From positions 6,820,001 to 6,884,000 of the forward strand of contig JAQFVV010000001.1 of the NCBI GenBank assembly GCA_028023455.1: a stretch of 64,000 nucleotides of DNA. The letters are read 5' to 3'. Positions within the stretch are counted from its first letter, which is position 1; the number at the start of each line of letters is the position of its first letter. The notes beneath the pieces were generated by a model that made no database searches, was not told the DNA's origin, and saw only the letters and a program-made list of their open reading frames with translations. Source of the DNA: Epiperipatus broadwayi (lineage: Eukaryota > Animalia > Onychophora). The position numbers were made by a program, and so were the translations under genes. This document shows, in pieces, positions 1-11,716 of the stretch.

Positions 1-109
1 AAGACAAACATTAGATGTTTTCTATAGCCATAAGTCAGGCCTTGTAAATGGCATTTGTTAGTGTTTTGGTGAGACAGAATGCCATCAAGTGGCCAAGCCC
101 GATTAGGTT

Positions 110-292
110 ATAAGTACAAAGCTGAGTACTGATTGTGTATATGTATGGGAGATTATGATCTGTCCCACCGGTTCTGCACAAAATACATATATTGATGATT
201 ATTTATCTTTTTCACGTGTGTGGTCATGTGTATCACTTGTTTGAAATGGAGTGAAGGATGAGTATAGACTGAAAATTCTAAGTTCAAATTCT
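110..292 (+). repeat. Degenerate family-A PLE terminal repeat (hammerhead core partly deleted)
   Basis: Aligns by eye with 30024-30204 and 53470-53650 (gggagat.atgatct ... aaatacatatattg.tgattatttatctttt ... gttcaaat); the CTGATGA segment is missing. Confidence 0.75.
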
Positions 293-456
293 TCTGTTTA
301 ATAATAAGGAATGTATTAATATAATTCTTTTTTTTTCTTGTTTTTAACTTCTTTTTTTTTTTCAACATAGTTTCATTTTTAAAAAATATATTTTTAATTA
401 CAAAAAAAAATATTTTTATTACATTCTCAAATAAAATAAAATATTTATTTTTGCAG

Positions 457-516
457 GTGTTGAAAAACTTCTGCTTAGTTTTCAGCTTATTAAAGAAGTT
501 CCATTTTATATAATCT
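457..516 (+). CDS. Internal exon of TMEM272-like membrane protein gene (GVEKLLLSFQLIKEVPFYII)
   Basis: ttttgcAG acceptor and GTAAGT donor; 60 nt, phase 1-1, stop-free; joins in frame to the micro-exon at 14202. Assignment to this gene is inferred from phase and hydrophobic continuity. Confidence 0.55.
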
Positions 517-2269
517 GTAAGTCAAATTTAATATCACCTTATGTATATATAAAATTTTGTTGTTGTTGTTGTTTTGGGCTAGTATTATATGATTTCCTAT
601 TTTATTTATTATTACTAATATAGTGGTAGGAAGTATTTAAGTTTTCAATAAGTGTATGTTTGTATGTATGTACGTATTATTATTGTAATAGATACATAGT
701 TCCGTATGAAACTTTACTAGAAGGTGCCACTAGATAATAAATCTAGACTTCCTTTCTAATCAAATTGTAATTTAATATCGAGAATTAATATAAGAAAATA
801 CGAAAGAAAGAAGTTTAGTTTACTAGCAAAGTCACACACAAAAATGCAGGGGAGTTATAAATTATAAACTGAAACTCTTCTAATTAATAATAAATCTTGA
901 AATAAAAGACATGTTTGCCCATTATGAGTTACATTTGGACATCTACATCAAAATAATATATTATTAAATAAAATAATTTATTTAAGAAAAAGTCAAATAA
1001 CAATGCCATTGTAATACTTCCCAATATCTAAATTAATACATCAAAATCAACAAGTACATGTATGATATCCTTATCTTAATACCTAGTAACACAGTAACCT
1101 ATACACTGAAAGCTATAAAACTAAGCACTGAGTGAAATGTCTGTTACATATAAGCTTAACTTTCTATTGTAATATCCTAGGCAATGGCATAGAAACAACC
1201 ACTACTCTTAAAATACTTTATATATAAAATATTTAAATATTAATTCATCATTATAGCAATATTATTTATAAAGATATAAACATTACCCATGCTTAAAAAA
1301 GTATTCATTACAAAAACAAAGTCTTTATAAAAATGAAGCCATTGAAAATTTATAACCGAAACTAACCAACAAATATCAAATTAAACATATTAAATATATA
1401 ATAAATATTTATCATTATTTAAACAATCATTATTTAAATTATAAATATCATTAAATAACTCCGATTATATATTTCATAATTTTTATTGAAATATGACATC
1501 TATAAAATAAAATAAATTATCATTTATTTCATCTGTATTATTTTGAACATTATATTTAAAACATTTTAAATACAATATTTAAGAATTGACAATTTATAGA
1601 TAATTAATATCAGCATATTTATGTGAAATACAATTTATTCTAAATAAAAAGTATTTAATAAAGATTTATAAATTGTTTTGTGATTTTAACTTGTTTGCCA
1701 GTAGAAACTGTTAATGTTATCCAAATTTAAGATAAAGCAAATGATTCTTCTTTCATAATAATTCTTCATTTAAAATATAGAAAAAAGATCTAAATGAAGA
1801 TGTAAAAAAATCATGATTTTTGCATCAGTTGATTATGAAGTAATCCTATTTATGATAAATGAAAACATGAAGCATTATATCCATTTGAGTCTTGGTTTCC
1901 AAATTCTTGTAACAAAACTATTTATTTACAAGTTCATTTTGAGAATTTCAAAATCTAACGCTTTCTTTTTAATTCCTGTAGCCTACTATTCTGTTCACCT
2001 GATCAAAAGAGTTTTCATGATAAGAAATAATTCTTGGTTAACAATAAATAATGCTTTAGTCTATTTAAAAGTAAATTTAAAACAAATAATTGTCAATTCT
2101 TTAAAATTAATATTTTTAAATTAAACACTTTTTTTTTTTTTAACTTTATTAGTAACAAAATATTTACAAGAATTAGTATATTTACATTAAGAGCTTTTTA
2201 CATTTTTTTTTTTAATTTTTAATTTCTTAGGATGTTTTTAGAATATAATGATTTAAAACAAGATTATTA

Positions 2270-3143
2270 CTATGATGGCATTAATGAGCAACTAAGGAAT
2301 ACATTGCTTTGCCATATTTTTCTTGTGACATTACTAGGTATATATTTCTGAGCATAAAGATAAATGTTATACCATTCTTTGTTTTTTTTTTTAAGTACAT
2401 TGTATTTTTTGTTATCAAATATTACAGCACAACGGGCAAGCCATATTGTTCTTAGAGTGTGAATGGTTACAAGGGCATTGAATGGTTTTAATTTCTTTAT
2501 ATTATTTATTAGGATATTTTTTAAATTAATTGTGTCTTTGTGGAATACAAAGCAGCGTAAGGTTGAAAAGAATGGACATGTCTCAAAGATATGTGATGAA
2601 TTTTCCGGGAACAAATTGCATAGTATACAAGTAGGATCAATGTTTAGTTTAAATCGATTTATGAGAAATAACTTTGTTGGTATTACATCAAGTAGCAGAT
2701 TATACAGGAATTTTAACCATGAGTGAGGCACATACAAATTTTGAAATTTAGTCAGTGTTCTTGCAGTAGATAGTGTTGACCAAAGTTGTCTATCGGGATA
2801 ATTAATTTTTTTTAGATCTTTGTATGACAAACCAATTAGAGTATTACTATTATAATTGTCCAGTAAATCAGCATGCTCAATGGCATGATCAGTGAAAAAC
2901 TGGCGATTTGCATATGGAGTAATAGCAAGAAGTAGAGGTGGAGGAGTTGTCCTTAAAAAGGGATTAGTAGTGGTAACGATGTACATTTTAGCTCTAATGT
3001 AGGAGGTGAATGATTGAGGAGCTATTAGGTTAAGCCCACCCTTGCAAATTGGAAAACAGGTATTTTCTATTGATAGAAGATGCGATGTTGATCCCCATAT
3101 ATATTTTTTTGCTATACTCATGAAATATTTAATAGTTTTTTTT
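2270..3143 (-). CDS. LINE ORF2 C-terminal part (frameshifted), with CCHC zinc finger
   Basis: KKYIWG, GGLNL and CILCNLFPENSSHIFETC (CX2CX8HX4C) are typical L1/Tx1 post-RT motifs; the frame switch maps to the A8 run at 3136-3143; ends TAG TAA TAA. Confidence 0.88.
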
Positions 3144-5502
3144 GAAGATGCATCCAAGGGCTGTAATAGGCAAGAATACCTCCTAGAATGGCATTGATGA
3201 TACGAACTTTCATTATAGGGTACAGTAATCTTGAGTTGAAGCACTTTATTTTTTTATTAAATTTGTCCATGACAAGAAGATTTAAGTGATGACTTAGTTG
3301 TGTTTTTGAGAGATTAATAGGTATGCCAAGAAATGAAGAAAATGAACCTGTAAAGTGTGAGGGAAGACTGCGACCGGTAGCAATTTGCCATAAGGATGAT
3401 TTGTTTATTTGTATTGTGGATCCTGTTATAGTTTCAAATTTCTTAAGTTTATGAAGTAGCATAGGTATATTTTGCAGGTCCCTGAATATTATCAAAACGT
3501 CATCAACATATGAAATGATCTTAACAGTTGTGCCTAAGTGTGGAAGAAAAATACCATCTATGCATTGCTCTATGTCCTTAATCAAGGGGTCTATGTATAT
3601 CGCAAAAAGTAATGATGCAAGTGGAGAGCCTTGTGGGATACCTCTACTTGGCTTAAAGGGTAGAGAGAGTCTCGTGTAATTTTTTAGTCTAATCATTCTA
3701 TTGTTAAGATAGTTTTTAATAGCTGTAACAAGGTGTGTATGATTTTCAAGCATTTGATTAAGTACAGAGAATAAGAAGTTCCAATTTACAATGTCAAAGG
3801 CAGACTTAAAGTCTACCTGGCATGCCACATAGTTTGTTAGTTTGTTTTGTTTAATATAAAGTATTGCTTCTTGTGCTAATAATATTGCTTGAGATGCTTT
3901 TTGCCCTTTGACTGCAAAGTGTGAAGGGGAAACTTTAGGTAAAGCATAGATATTTAACTGTTTAAGTATAATTCTAGCAAACATTTTCTGATCAATGTCT
4001 TCTAAGGTAATGAGACTCAAATCATTTACTGTTGGATGTGGATTTTTAGAGTTTTTTCTTATACAGAATACTATATTTGTTGATAAGTTAGGGATGTGAT
4101 ATTCCTTCGAACAAAGTTGATTGTAGTATTTCTGTAGGAATGGAGATATAATGTATTCCATTTGCTTATATATGTTAGCTGGAATGAGGTCATTTGCTAG
4201 CGAGATATGTTGTTCTAAGTACACTATTTCATCAAAAACTTGTTGTTTAGATATGTAGTAATTTTGTGTACAGTTTGTCTCATTTGTAAATAACTGGGAA
4301 GAGCTATGAGATTTTTTAAGGGAAATATTCAAGTGGTGCAGAAGTGCCTCATCAACATAAGTACCAGAGAGGAGAGAATTATCTTTTGATAGAATGGAAA
4401 TGCCACAAGCATATGGGATTGGAAATTTTGCATAATTTATTGTGGTTTTTGTTAGTGCTGATAGATTTGGTAAAATTTTTCTCAGCCTATAAACCATGTT
4501 GTTCTGGTTATATAACTGAGTTAAATGTTTGTTTTCATGTTGGAGCTTATAGATAAGATCTTTTGCCTCATCAAACCTTGTTATAGCTTTAAGGGTTGAA
4601 TTTATGTCTTCAATACGTTGTTTTATAAGGTTGTTAGAGTTATAGTGCGATAGGCGATCTGAACAGCACACGTTTAGTATTTTTTTGAGTTGAGACCATT
4701 TTTCAATTGGAGAGAGATTTTTCATCTGATGTAGGTGGTTGCTTACTATTAATATATTACAGAAATCATCTATGGTAAGTTTGAATTGTCTAGGGAGTTG
4801 TTTCTTATATGAGAATTTATATATAGTTTGTCTGTTATGTGGGCATTTTTGCATGAGTGTTACACAGATGTGGTCAGAAAATGAGGCTGCAGTTAGGTGA
4901 ATTGAGGCTTTTAGGTTTATAGAAGAACTAAAAAATAGATCTATGAGAGAGGATCCTTGTGCACCCATGAATGTAACAGCATTTGTTGGATATAGGTGTG
5001 CTAATGGCAGCAGGGCAACTTGTGAAAGTTTGGCTTTCAAGGAGAGTGGCAAACCATTGTAGCTGCAGTTAAAGTCACCACACATGATAACTGTACCGGG
5101 CTTATGTAGTATTTTGTTATGCACAACCAGTAGGGTATCAACAACATCCTTTGCCTTTTGACATGAATATATTCCTATAATATAGTAAAGCTGTGAATGG
5201 AACAAAAAGGAGATAATTATTGAATTAACTGATAAAAGTATTATTTTAAGTTTTGTCACTGGAAATTGATTGTTTATTAGAATTGCAACACCTTGAGCTG
5301 GTCTGATGTTTGGCTTGTATGTAAAAATGTATTTGCTATGCAGAGTGTTAATTATGGTTGGATTGGTTACTTGGCTAATTTTTGTTTCTGTTATGACAAA
5401 AATGTCAGCATTATGATTATTTAAGAATTGAATCAGTTGTAAGAGTCTGTTATATGAGTTAATACCTCGTATATTTATTGTGGCTATTTTAATGTTAGAC
5501 AT
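3118..5502 (-). CDS. LINE ORF2 N-terminal part: AP endonuclease plus reverse transcriptase
   Basis: APE motifs TINIRG, ITETK, GDFN, IDLFF, SDH; RT motifs DFKSAFD, RGIPQGSPLASLLF, YVDD. ATG at 5502 overlaps the stop of the 5495-5734 frame. Confidence 0.95.
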   Translation of the reverse strand: MSNIKIATINIRGINSYNRLLQLIQFLNNHNADIFVITETKISQVTNPTIINTLHSKYIFTYKPNIRPAQGVAILINNQFPVTKLKIILLSVNSIIISFLFHSQLYYIIGIYSCQKAKDVVDTLLVVHNKILHKPGTVIMCGDFNCSYNGLPLSLKAKLSQVALLPLAHLYPTNAVTFMGAQGSSLIDLFFSSSINLKASIHLTAASFSDHICVTLMQKCPHNRQTIYKFSYKKQLPRQFKLTIDDFCNILIVSNHLHQMKNLSPIEKWSQLKKILNVCCSDRLSHYNSNNLIKQRIEDINSTLKAITRFDEAKDLIYKLQHENKHLTQLYNQNNMVYRLRKILPNLSALTKTTINYAKFPIPYACGISILSKDNSLLSGTYVDEALLHHLNISLKKSHSSSQLFTNETNCTQNYYISKQQVFDEIVYLEQHISLANDLIPANIYKQMEYIISPFLQKYYNQLCSKEYHIPNLSTNIVFCIRKNSKNPHPTVNDLSLITLEDIDQKMFARIILKQLNIYALPKVSPSHFAVKGQKASQAILLAQEAILYIKQNKLTNYVACQVDFKSAFDIVNWNFLFSVLNQMLENHTHLVTAIKNYLNNRMIRLKNYTRLSLPFKPSRGIPQGSPLASLLFAIYIDPLIKDIEQCIDGIFLPHLGTTVKIISYVDDVLIIFRDLQNIPMLLHKLKKFETITGSTIQINKSSLWQIATGRSLPSHFTGSFSSFLGIPINLSKTQLSHHLNLLVMDKFNKKIKCFNSRLLYPIMKVRIINAILGGILAYYSPWMHLQKKLLNIS

Positions 5503-5700
5503 GTTCAATGTTTAATGAGTTTGATTTAAGCTTTTTGTTTGTGTGCTTAGTATCACAATTAGATATTTTAATTTTTTTACTATTGTCATTTGTAAGATTG
5601 ATATCCGAATTTACTAGTACACTATTTTGCTTTACTGTTATCTCAGGATAGTTTTTACTGTACAAAGAGTCTTGGCTATGGCTTAAAGATGAACTTTGTG

Positions 5701-6444
5701 TCAAACTGTTATTTCCATTAATGGTTCCTGTGGATCATCAATGGAAATTGAGTTTTGTGATTGGTAATTATGCTGTGAATGCATGTCAGGCAAACGGTTA
5801 TTTATACTAAATTCTTGATTAGGGAGAGTTATGGTTGATTCATTATTGGGAAGATTAGAGAGTTGAATTGCCTCTGTAGTTGATGGGAGAGTGTAATTTT
5901 TTGAAACAACGCTGGCCCATGATAACTTTTCCTTATCTTTACTACAAAGGTGACCAAGTCTATCGATTTTGCCACAACTTAAACAGTTACCAATGTTACA
6001 TTGTGAAGCTATATGCCCTATTCTGGAGCATTTGAAACATAGAGGTTGACGACCTTTAATACTAATTGTGATGGGGATGGATCTCATATAAATTCTATGT
6101 GGAAGTTCATCTGGTTTATGATTAGGTTTCATTTTTAGTGTAATTTTCCAGCAGTTTGTTGGAATCTCAAATTTTATATTTGGTGTGAGCTCTCTTGAGA
6201 TATTTATTATCTGTGCAATTTCTGATATGTTTTTTTGTAGCACAACATCTGTAAAGTCTGGAGGTGCATGCATGATGCGACCATAAACTATTGGATTAGG
6301 ATCTTTGGTGACGTAATATATTTTTTTAAAATTTAAATGTGTTACGGATTTTTCTGCTTTTTCGCGTTGTTGTTTTGAAAAATATTCTAAGCATATAAAA
6401 GATCTAGCTGGGAAAGTTGCTGTCGATTTTATATTTTTTATCAT
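5701..6444 (-). CDS. LINE ORF1, gag-like protein with zinc knuckles
   Basis: CFKCSRIGHIASQC (CX2CX4HX4C) followed by the variant CLSCGKIDRLGHLC; frame stays open upstream of the ATG to the element end; a -1 frame 5495-5734 likely continues the Ser/Asn-rich C-terminus up to the ORF2 start. Confidence 0.85.
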   Translation of the reverse strand: MIKNIKSTATFPARSFICLEYFSKQQREKAEKSVTHLNFKKIYYVTKDPNPIVYGRIMHAPPDFTDVVLQKNISEIAQIINISRELTPNIKFEIPTNCWKITLKMKPNHKPDELPHRIYMRSIPITISIKGRQPLCFKCSRIGHIASQCNIGNCLSCGKIDRLGHLCSKDKEKLSWASVVSKNYTLPSTTEAIQLSNLPNNESTITLPNQEFSINNRLPDMHSQHNYQSQNSISIDDPQEPLMEITV

Positions 6445-8389
6445 GTTATACTTTTGCAGTTCCTCTAGATAATCAGGTAGAGAAGGACGAGATAAAATTA
6501 AACACTTGAATTTCCTTTTAAATTATCATTTAATAAAATCAACTTTTATTTATAAAAAGAGTATATAATGTCTTTCAAATAATAACTCAATATTTTAAAA
6601 TATTAACAACGCTGCACCTCTAGACTATTAAAAAAATTGTCTATACATTTTCTTAATTTATACAATAATGAAATATATTCCAAAAGAATATACTATTTCA
6701 GTATATATTTATGTATATGTCATGTGTGAATGCTTCTTTAGAAAATAAGAGAAATTTATAATTTATTAATTAAAAAAACTCTCATTTTAAACAAAAGTAA
6801 AATGTTGTAAAAATCTTAATAAGTATTAGAAAAATTAAGTATATTTTGTTATTATATTTATATTTGTAATTTTACTTAATTAATTCATTGCTTTTTTTTT
6901 AATTTCTAAATTTTTTGTGTTGTTAATCCAAATAAAAACTAAAATAATTCTGTTTTTAAAAATAATATAAATAAAATATTTTCACGTTATCTAAATTTAA
7001 GCTATAAAAAAATTTTATTTATCAATTGCTTGACTTGCCTATTAATCATAAGGGGAAAAGAGAAGCCAGCTTGTAATGAAAAGACAATATTTACAATAAC
7101 CAAGCTACTTTCCCTAAAGTAAAAGGGTATTATCCAAATTTCATAAAATATCATAGAATGAAGAATGAGCATTTTCATAAAACCCTAAATAACTCTCATT
7201 AACAGGAAGGAATGATCCATTGCACTGGTAACAAAACTAGAACAAGACCCTCTGAGTCTGAAAAATAAAAAGAGTGTTCCTGCATTTGCATGGAACTTAG
7301 ACAAATGGAACCAATCAAATTAAATTTTCCGAAATAGGGATATACACCTGCTGATGAAACACAATAAATTAATCTGAAATTAGACAAGCCAATAATGCTA
7401 CATAAATATAAAATAATGAATAATTGGCTTTAAAATTAAAGATAGGTATAAAATAAAATGTGAACAGTCAAGCCATAAGTTTATAATATGTGAATATCTA
7501 TTATATGAGACTAAATTGGAGCCTACGCAGTTATCATATATTAAAAAAAAATTATGAGATTACTCCTGGCTTAATTAGAGATCCTCCCCACAGGTCTTAC
7601 ATATATAAGGAATTGTTGATACGATAGCCTAATGATAATATATTAAACTAAATTGTATTAAATCGTATTAGTATATATATATATTTGTCAAAGAAAATAG
7701 AAACAATGTTTTAAACTTTTAACTTCGAACATTAAATTTTATTTTAATACTGAAAGTTGTTTATAAATCAATATATGCAGTATACATATATACTTGTCTC
7801 TTATAAAAGAAAATAAAGTTTGCTTTTAAACATCTTAGCACTTGATCTTAATTTTTAAATTTGAAAATTTTATATAAAGCATTGTAACTGGGTTCATGGC
7901 GAAATGTCATTTTTTGAAAGAACCGATTTTAAATAAAAAAATTTCAATCGCAAATAAAATTAAAGCACAAATTAAAATCAGTGAGGAGAGATTTAAATAT
8001 TAGTACTTACCTATTAGTCCTGTGACCCAGCATGCATTAGACATGCTGTACCTTTTCATATCCAAGATAAATGTGTAACATTGTGATTAGGTCAAATAAA
8101 TCCAAGTAAATCCTGGTATATTGTTAGTTGATGTCATATCAAAACTTTTTTTTTTCGTATCTCTGATCTAATACTTTTTTCCGAATATTTTTCAACATTT
8201 CTTATCATATCTCCGATCTAATTTTTTTTCCCGAGTATTTTTCAAGATTTTCTTTGCAGTTACTGTCATTGTACTTTTTTCTTTGTAGTTAATTTCATCA
8301 TACCTCAATTAAGTTGATTGTGAGTAAATAACTGTACTTTCCTTGTGATTTCTATTGTCTAATTCTTATAATTAAATGGGTTTTTTGTT

Positions 8390-8632
8390 GAAGAATTAAG
8401 AAGTGCCAGTTACAACTATTTTCATGTGAACCACAAATATAATTTTGTCAACATGCAAAACATTGAAAGACTTTAGGGTTCTGCAAAATGGCATAATAAG
8501 CAACAATGGGGAACATCTCGCCAACATTTGGATTCGTATTTGGCCAAATTTATATAATGCAGGTGTCATAAAAATGAAGATGCATTCATTTGCATAATGA
8601 ATGGAATCAAAAATAATTGGCTGCCAATATGA
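8390..8632 (+). pseudogene. Merlin (ISXO2/IS1016-like) transposase C-terminal remnant
   Basis: Single frame ...HVNHKYNFVNMQNIERL*GSAKWHNKQQWGTSRQHLDSYLAKFI*CR... matches the VNH / NxIExxW / HLxSYLxEFxWR pattern; both stops fall where Trp is expected. Confidence 0.75.
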
Positions 8633-9351
8633 ATTACTAATAGAAGTTTTCTTTTTTTGTGGGAAAATTGTTTTTTTCTTTTTTTTACATTTTTTTTTTT
8701 AAAATACCTAAATCTATTACCGTTTTTCAAACAAATCCCATTCATGTGATGTTCTCCACAATCATGCAGTCATTTTGGAGGGGGAAAGTATAAAATTTTT
8801 ACTTCAAATCTCCATTTTATTTGGAAAATTTAATCAACCTATTAATAAAATTAAAGAGACCTCTTACATTTATTTATTGTGACAATTTCTGTTATATACT
8901 GCACAGTAAAATATGTGTATATTTTATGTTTTCAGGAATATTTTAGAAATTTTGGTAATTTAGTTATTGTTCAGTTCATAATAGCATGTGATATCTTTAG
9001 TATTGTTATACATTTTATCATTTTCATCTAAATACCATATATATAGTTATTGAAAATGCCGCATGTATTTCACTCTTTTTTTAAATTATATATTAGGGAA
9101 TTGCTTAAAAAATACCCCATTAATATATATTAAATGTATGCTCAAAAATTGTTGAAAATTACCGATTTTATGGCTTTTTGTTTAATGGTGTCTGGTATTA
9201 ATTGCTTAAAAATTATTTAGTTTGTATTTTACCGATTAAAATTGATAGTAAAATATATGTTTTTCATCTAAATTTCATATATATTTATTGAAAATGCTGC
9301 ATGTATTTCATTCTTTTTTTTTTTAAATTATATATCAGGTAATTACTTTAA

Positions 9352-10685
9352 AAGGTGCTAGTATTGTAGACAAAGACGCCATTCGATGGTGCCGTTTTCA
9401 CACTAAAACTATAAAATATGAACATTCCCAGGCCGTTGATTTTAATCATTTTGATGTGTTTTTTGTAATGCAAAAATAAAAAAATAAAAAAAATCGTCTT
9501 TTTTAAATATTATTTTTTATTAACATATACAAATTAAATGATAACAATAAATATAAAATAAAATCAACAAATTACAATTTGATTCGTGTTTTTTATTTTG
9601 CTTTATTAGAAAAACAATTTTCGATCGGATATTTTTTTAGTGGGGTTAAGTAAAATTTCGTAGTCTTTCTTTTAAATTTTAATTATTACAGAGAAACAGA
9701 TATTATTGTGTTACTGTTATTTTTTACTTTTTTAGTCTTCGTTTTACATTTTAATTTTTTACAGAGAAACAGATATTACCGCTATTTTTTACTTCAAATA
9801 GAATGATAACAAAAAGTAAAAGTTGCTAGGATTGGTTTTAGGGTTAAGTTTAGGATTAGGGTTAGGGTTAGTTTTAGGTTTAGGATTAGTTTTAGGGTTA
9901 GGGTTCTGTTGTTTGTAATGTTAAATAAAAAATATCAAAATCGTATTTTTGTAAATTTTTTTATTAGCATATATAAAATAAATGATAACAATAAACGTAA
10001 AATATATTTAACAAAGTATAACAATAGTTGGAGAAAAGAAAGAAAGTAAAAGTTTTTTTAAACAACAACAAATATATATATATAAAATGTCTTCTTTACT
10101 TATTAACCATGTTTATAATATATGATTTTTATGAAATTTAAAAAAAGTGTAGAATTTTACTTTTCTTACTGCATATTTTTGTGTTACCGCTATTTCTCAC
10201 TTCAAAAATAAACACATGGTAGAATATCGTTTGTCTCGTGGAATGTTACAAACAGTACATTACTTGACACGTTACCTAATTCAAACTCACTTTACACATA
10301 TATCTTGTCAACATTTACCCACTTAAAATTTCAATACAGTATGGTGTAAAGAGTCGGATAATTATTATTTTGGAAAATCTGAACATTTCAATACTTTAAA
10401 AAAAAAAATTCAATCAAAACAATTCCATCCAATTCAAATACACACACCCTTTCACCAAGCCATAACAATTGTATAAACTGTGTGAATTTGCCAAATTTAT
10501 TTGCTGTGATGCGACATACGTGCTGTATTGCAACACGACATAGTGGCCTGCAATATATAGCACAGCAAAAAAGTTGTATTATAGAAAACACGGGTACGAA
10601 CGTGTTGGCCGCAGAAACAGCATTTTTGTGTTTTAGCATGAAAATGGTGCCATCGAGCAGCATTTTTGTCTATAAGACTACACCC
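9352..10685 (+). mobile_element. 1.3-kb non-autonomous TIR element, TTAA target (Kolobok/T2-MITE-like or piggyBac-like), copy 1
   Basis: Imperfect ~55-bp TIRs (GGTG.TAGT.TT.TAGACAAA...GATGG..CC.TTTTCA..CTAAAAC), TTAA at 9348-9351 and 10686-10689, no ORF; second copy inverted at 47144-48399. Confidence 0.8.
9838..9905 (+). repeat. Degenerate TTAGGG/TTAGGT telomere-like tract inside the TIR element
   Basis: ttagggttaagtttaggattagggttagggttagttttaggtttaggattagttttagggttaggg; complement at 47843-47909 in copy 2. Confidence 0.85.
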
Positions 10686-10846
10686 TTAAAAATTACCCCA
10701 TTAATGTATATTAAATATATATTACTCCTGTAAAAGTATATGTTTCTGGTCAAATATGCTCCAAAATTGTTGAAATTTACTGATTTTATGGCTTTTTGTT
10801 TAATGGCATCTCGTATTAATTGCTTAAAAATTATTTATAATGTTTA

Positions 10847-11110
10847 TTAGTCCTGTGACACAGCATATTTTAGATATACTACACCTATTCACATATGTAT
10901 TCAGCCTGCCAATAAGTTTGTAAATCTTTGGGAAAATATCATGTACAAAAGATTCATATTCAGTTATTTTCATAAATCTTTGCGAAAACATCATGTATAA
11001 GATCCGCATACATGTTATTTTGGTCAGATCACAAGATTACAAAGTTATCAATGGATTGATACATATGTGAATAGGTTCAGTATGTGTAATCCATGCTCTG
11101 AGTCACAGAA
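10847..11110. mobile_element. About 265-bp MITE
   Basis: ~55-bp imperfect TIRs (AGT.CTGTGAC.CAG...ACCTATTCACATATGTAT) and an internal direct repeat TAAATCTTTG.GAAAA.ATCATGTA; related pieces at about 8013-8060 and, inverted, 19853-19980. Confidence 0.65.
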
Positions 11111-11501
11111 CTGATACATAAATACCTAAATATCTTGCTTTTATTTAATTACTGGGCTTTTCTTTAGATACCATCAAATATTTTAATCATTAAAATATTT
11201 TACTAAATTTACCTCCATCAGATTCTGAAACAGTAAGTCTAGCAAAATTTAAGAAAGATTGAGTATATTGCAATAGTCAATCTTCTTTACTATGTACAAT
11301 TAATTAAGTGTGCATTAAAAAAATATCTAAATAATATAAGAAACATTTTAATAATACAATAAGAATATTTCTATAGTACTAAAAATACACACACACTTTA
11401 AGAATGGTTAATAAATAAATTGTGGAAGCAAAGAAAGTAGAATATTACAGAGGCTTTTATCATTTGAAATTTATAGTTAAATTAAATTATTATTTTACCA
11501 G

Positions 11502-11716
11502 ATCTTCATGAAGGATTTTGACAAACAGTAGAATTGGCTGGCTGGTCACTCAGTGAAATTATATACTGGGGGTTTCCCTTTGGATGGTGATGGTATAACA
11601 TGTCAGCAATTTGAATGGTCAAATGTAGGCGATGACACTCCATACTCAGCTTCCTGGCAATGGCCAGAGAAATTGCGATAATCTACTCATTCATAGCTTG
11701 ATGTAATTTAACAGCT
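11502..11716 (+). pseudogene. Possible decayed LINE RT fragment
   Basis: GC-richer island; FMKDFDKQ*NWLAGHSVKLYTGG loosely resembles the FxKAFDxVxHxxLLxKLxxxG RT motif; four stops. Confidence 0.3.

Larger units (their letters stand above)
2131..6494 (-). mobile_element. L1/Tx1-clade non-LTR retrotransposon, probably 5'-truncated in ORF1, antisense in a host intron
   Basis: Gag-like ORF1, APE+RT+CCHC ORF2, 3' UTR with AATAAA directly before an A13 tail (T run 2129-2141), flanked by identical 13-mers AAATTAAACACTT at 2118-2130 and 6495-6507. Confidence 0.93.
9021..10835. repeat. About 240-bp tandem duplication whose second unit is split by the TIR element
   Basis: 9021-9260 realigns with 9261-9351 plus 10686-10835 (ttttcatctaaat ... 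TTAAaa..taccccattaat ... tggctttttgtttaatgg). Confidence 0.8.

Noticed and set aside
1813-2726. Plus-strand ORFs 1813-2124 and 2463-2726 (also 4344-4556)
   Set aside because: Low-complexity AT-rich or antisense to LINE ORF2; no motifs or splice support.
7344-7360. Other CTGATGA hits (7346, 49618, and minus-strand hits near 30585, 55287, 61587, 62636) as hammerheads
   Set aside because: None has a stem II followed by GAAA and a closing NUH/stem I.
9838-9905. True telomere or chromosome fusion site
   Set aside because: The tract is short, degenerate and sits at the same internal position in two copies of a TIR element.
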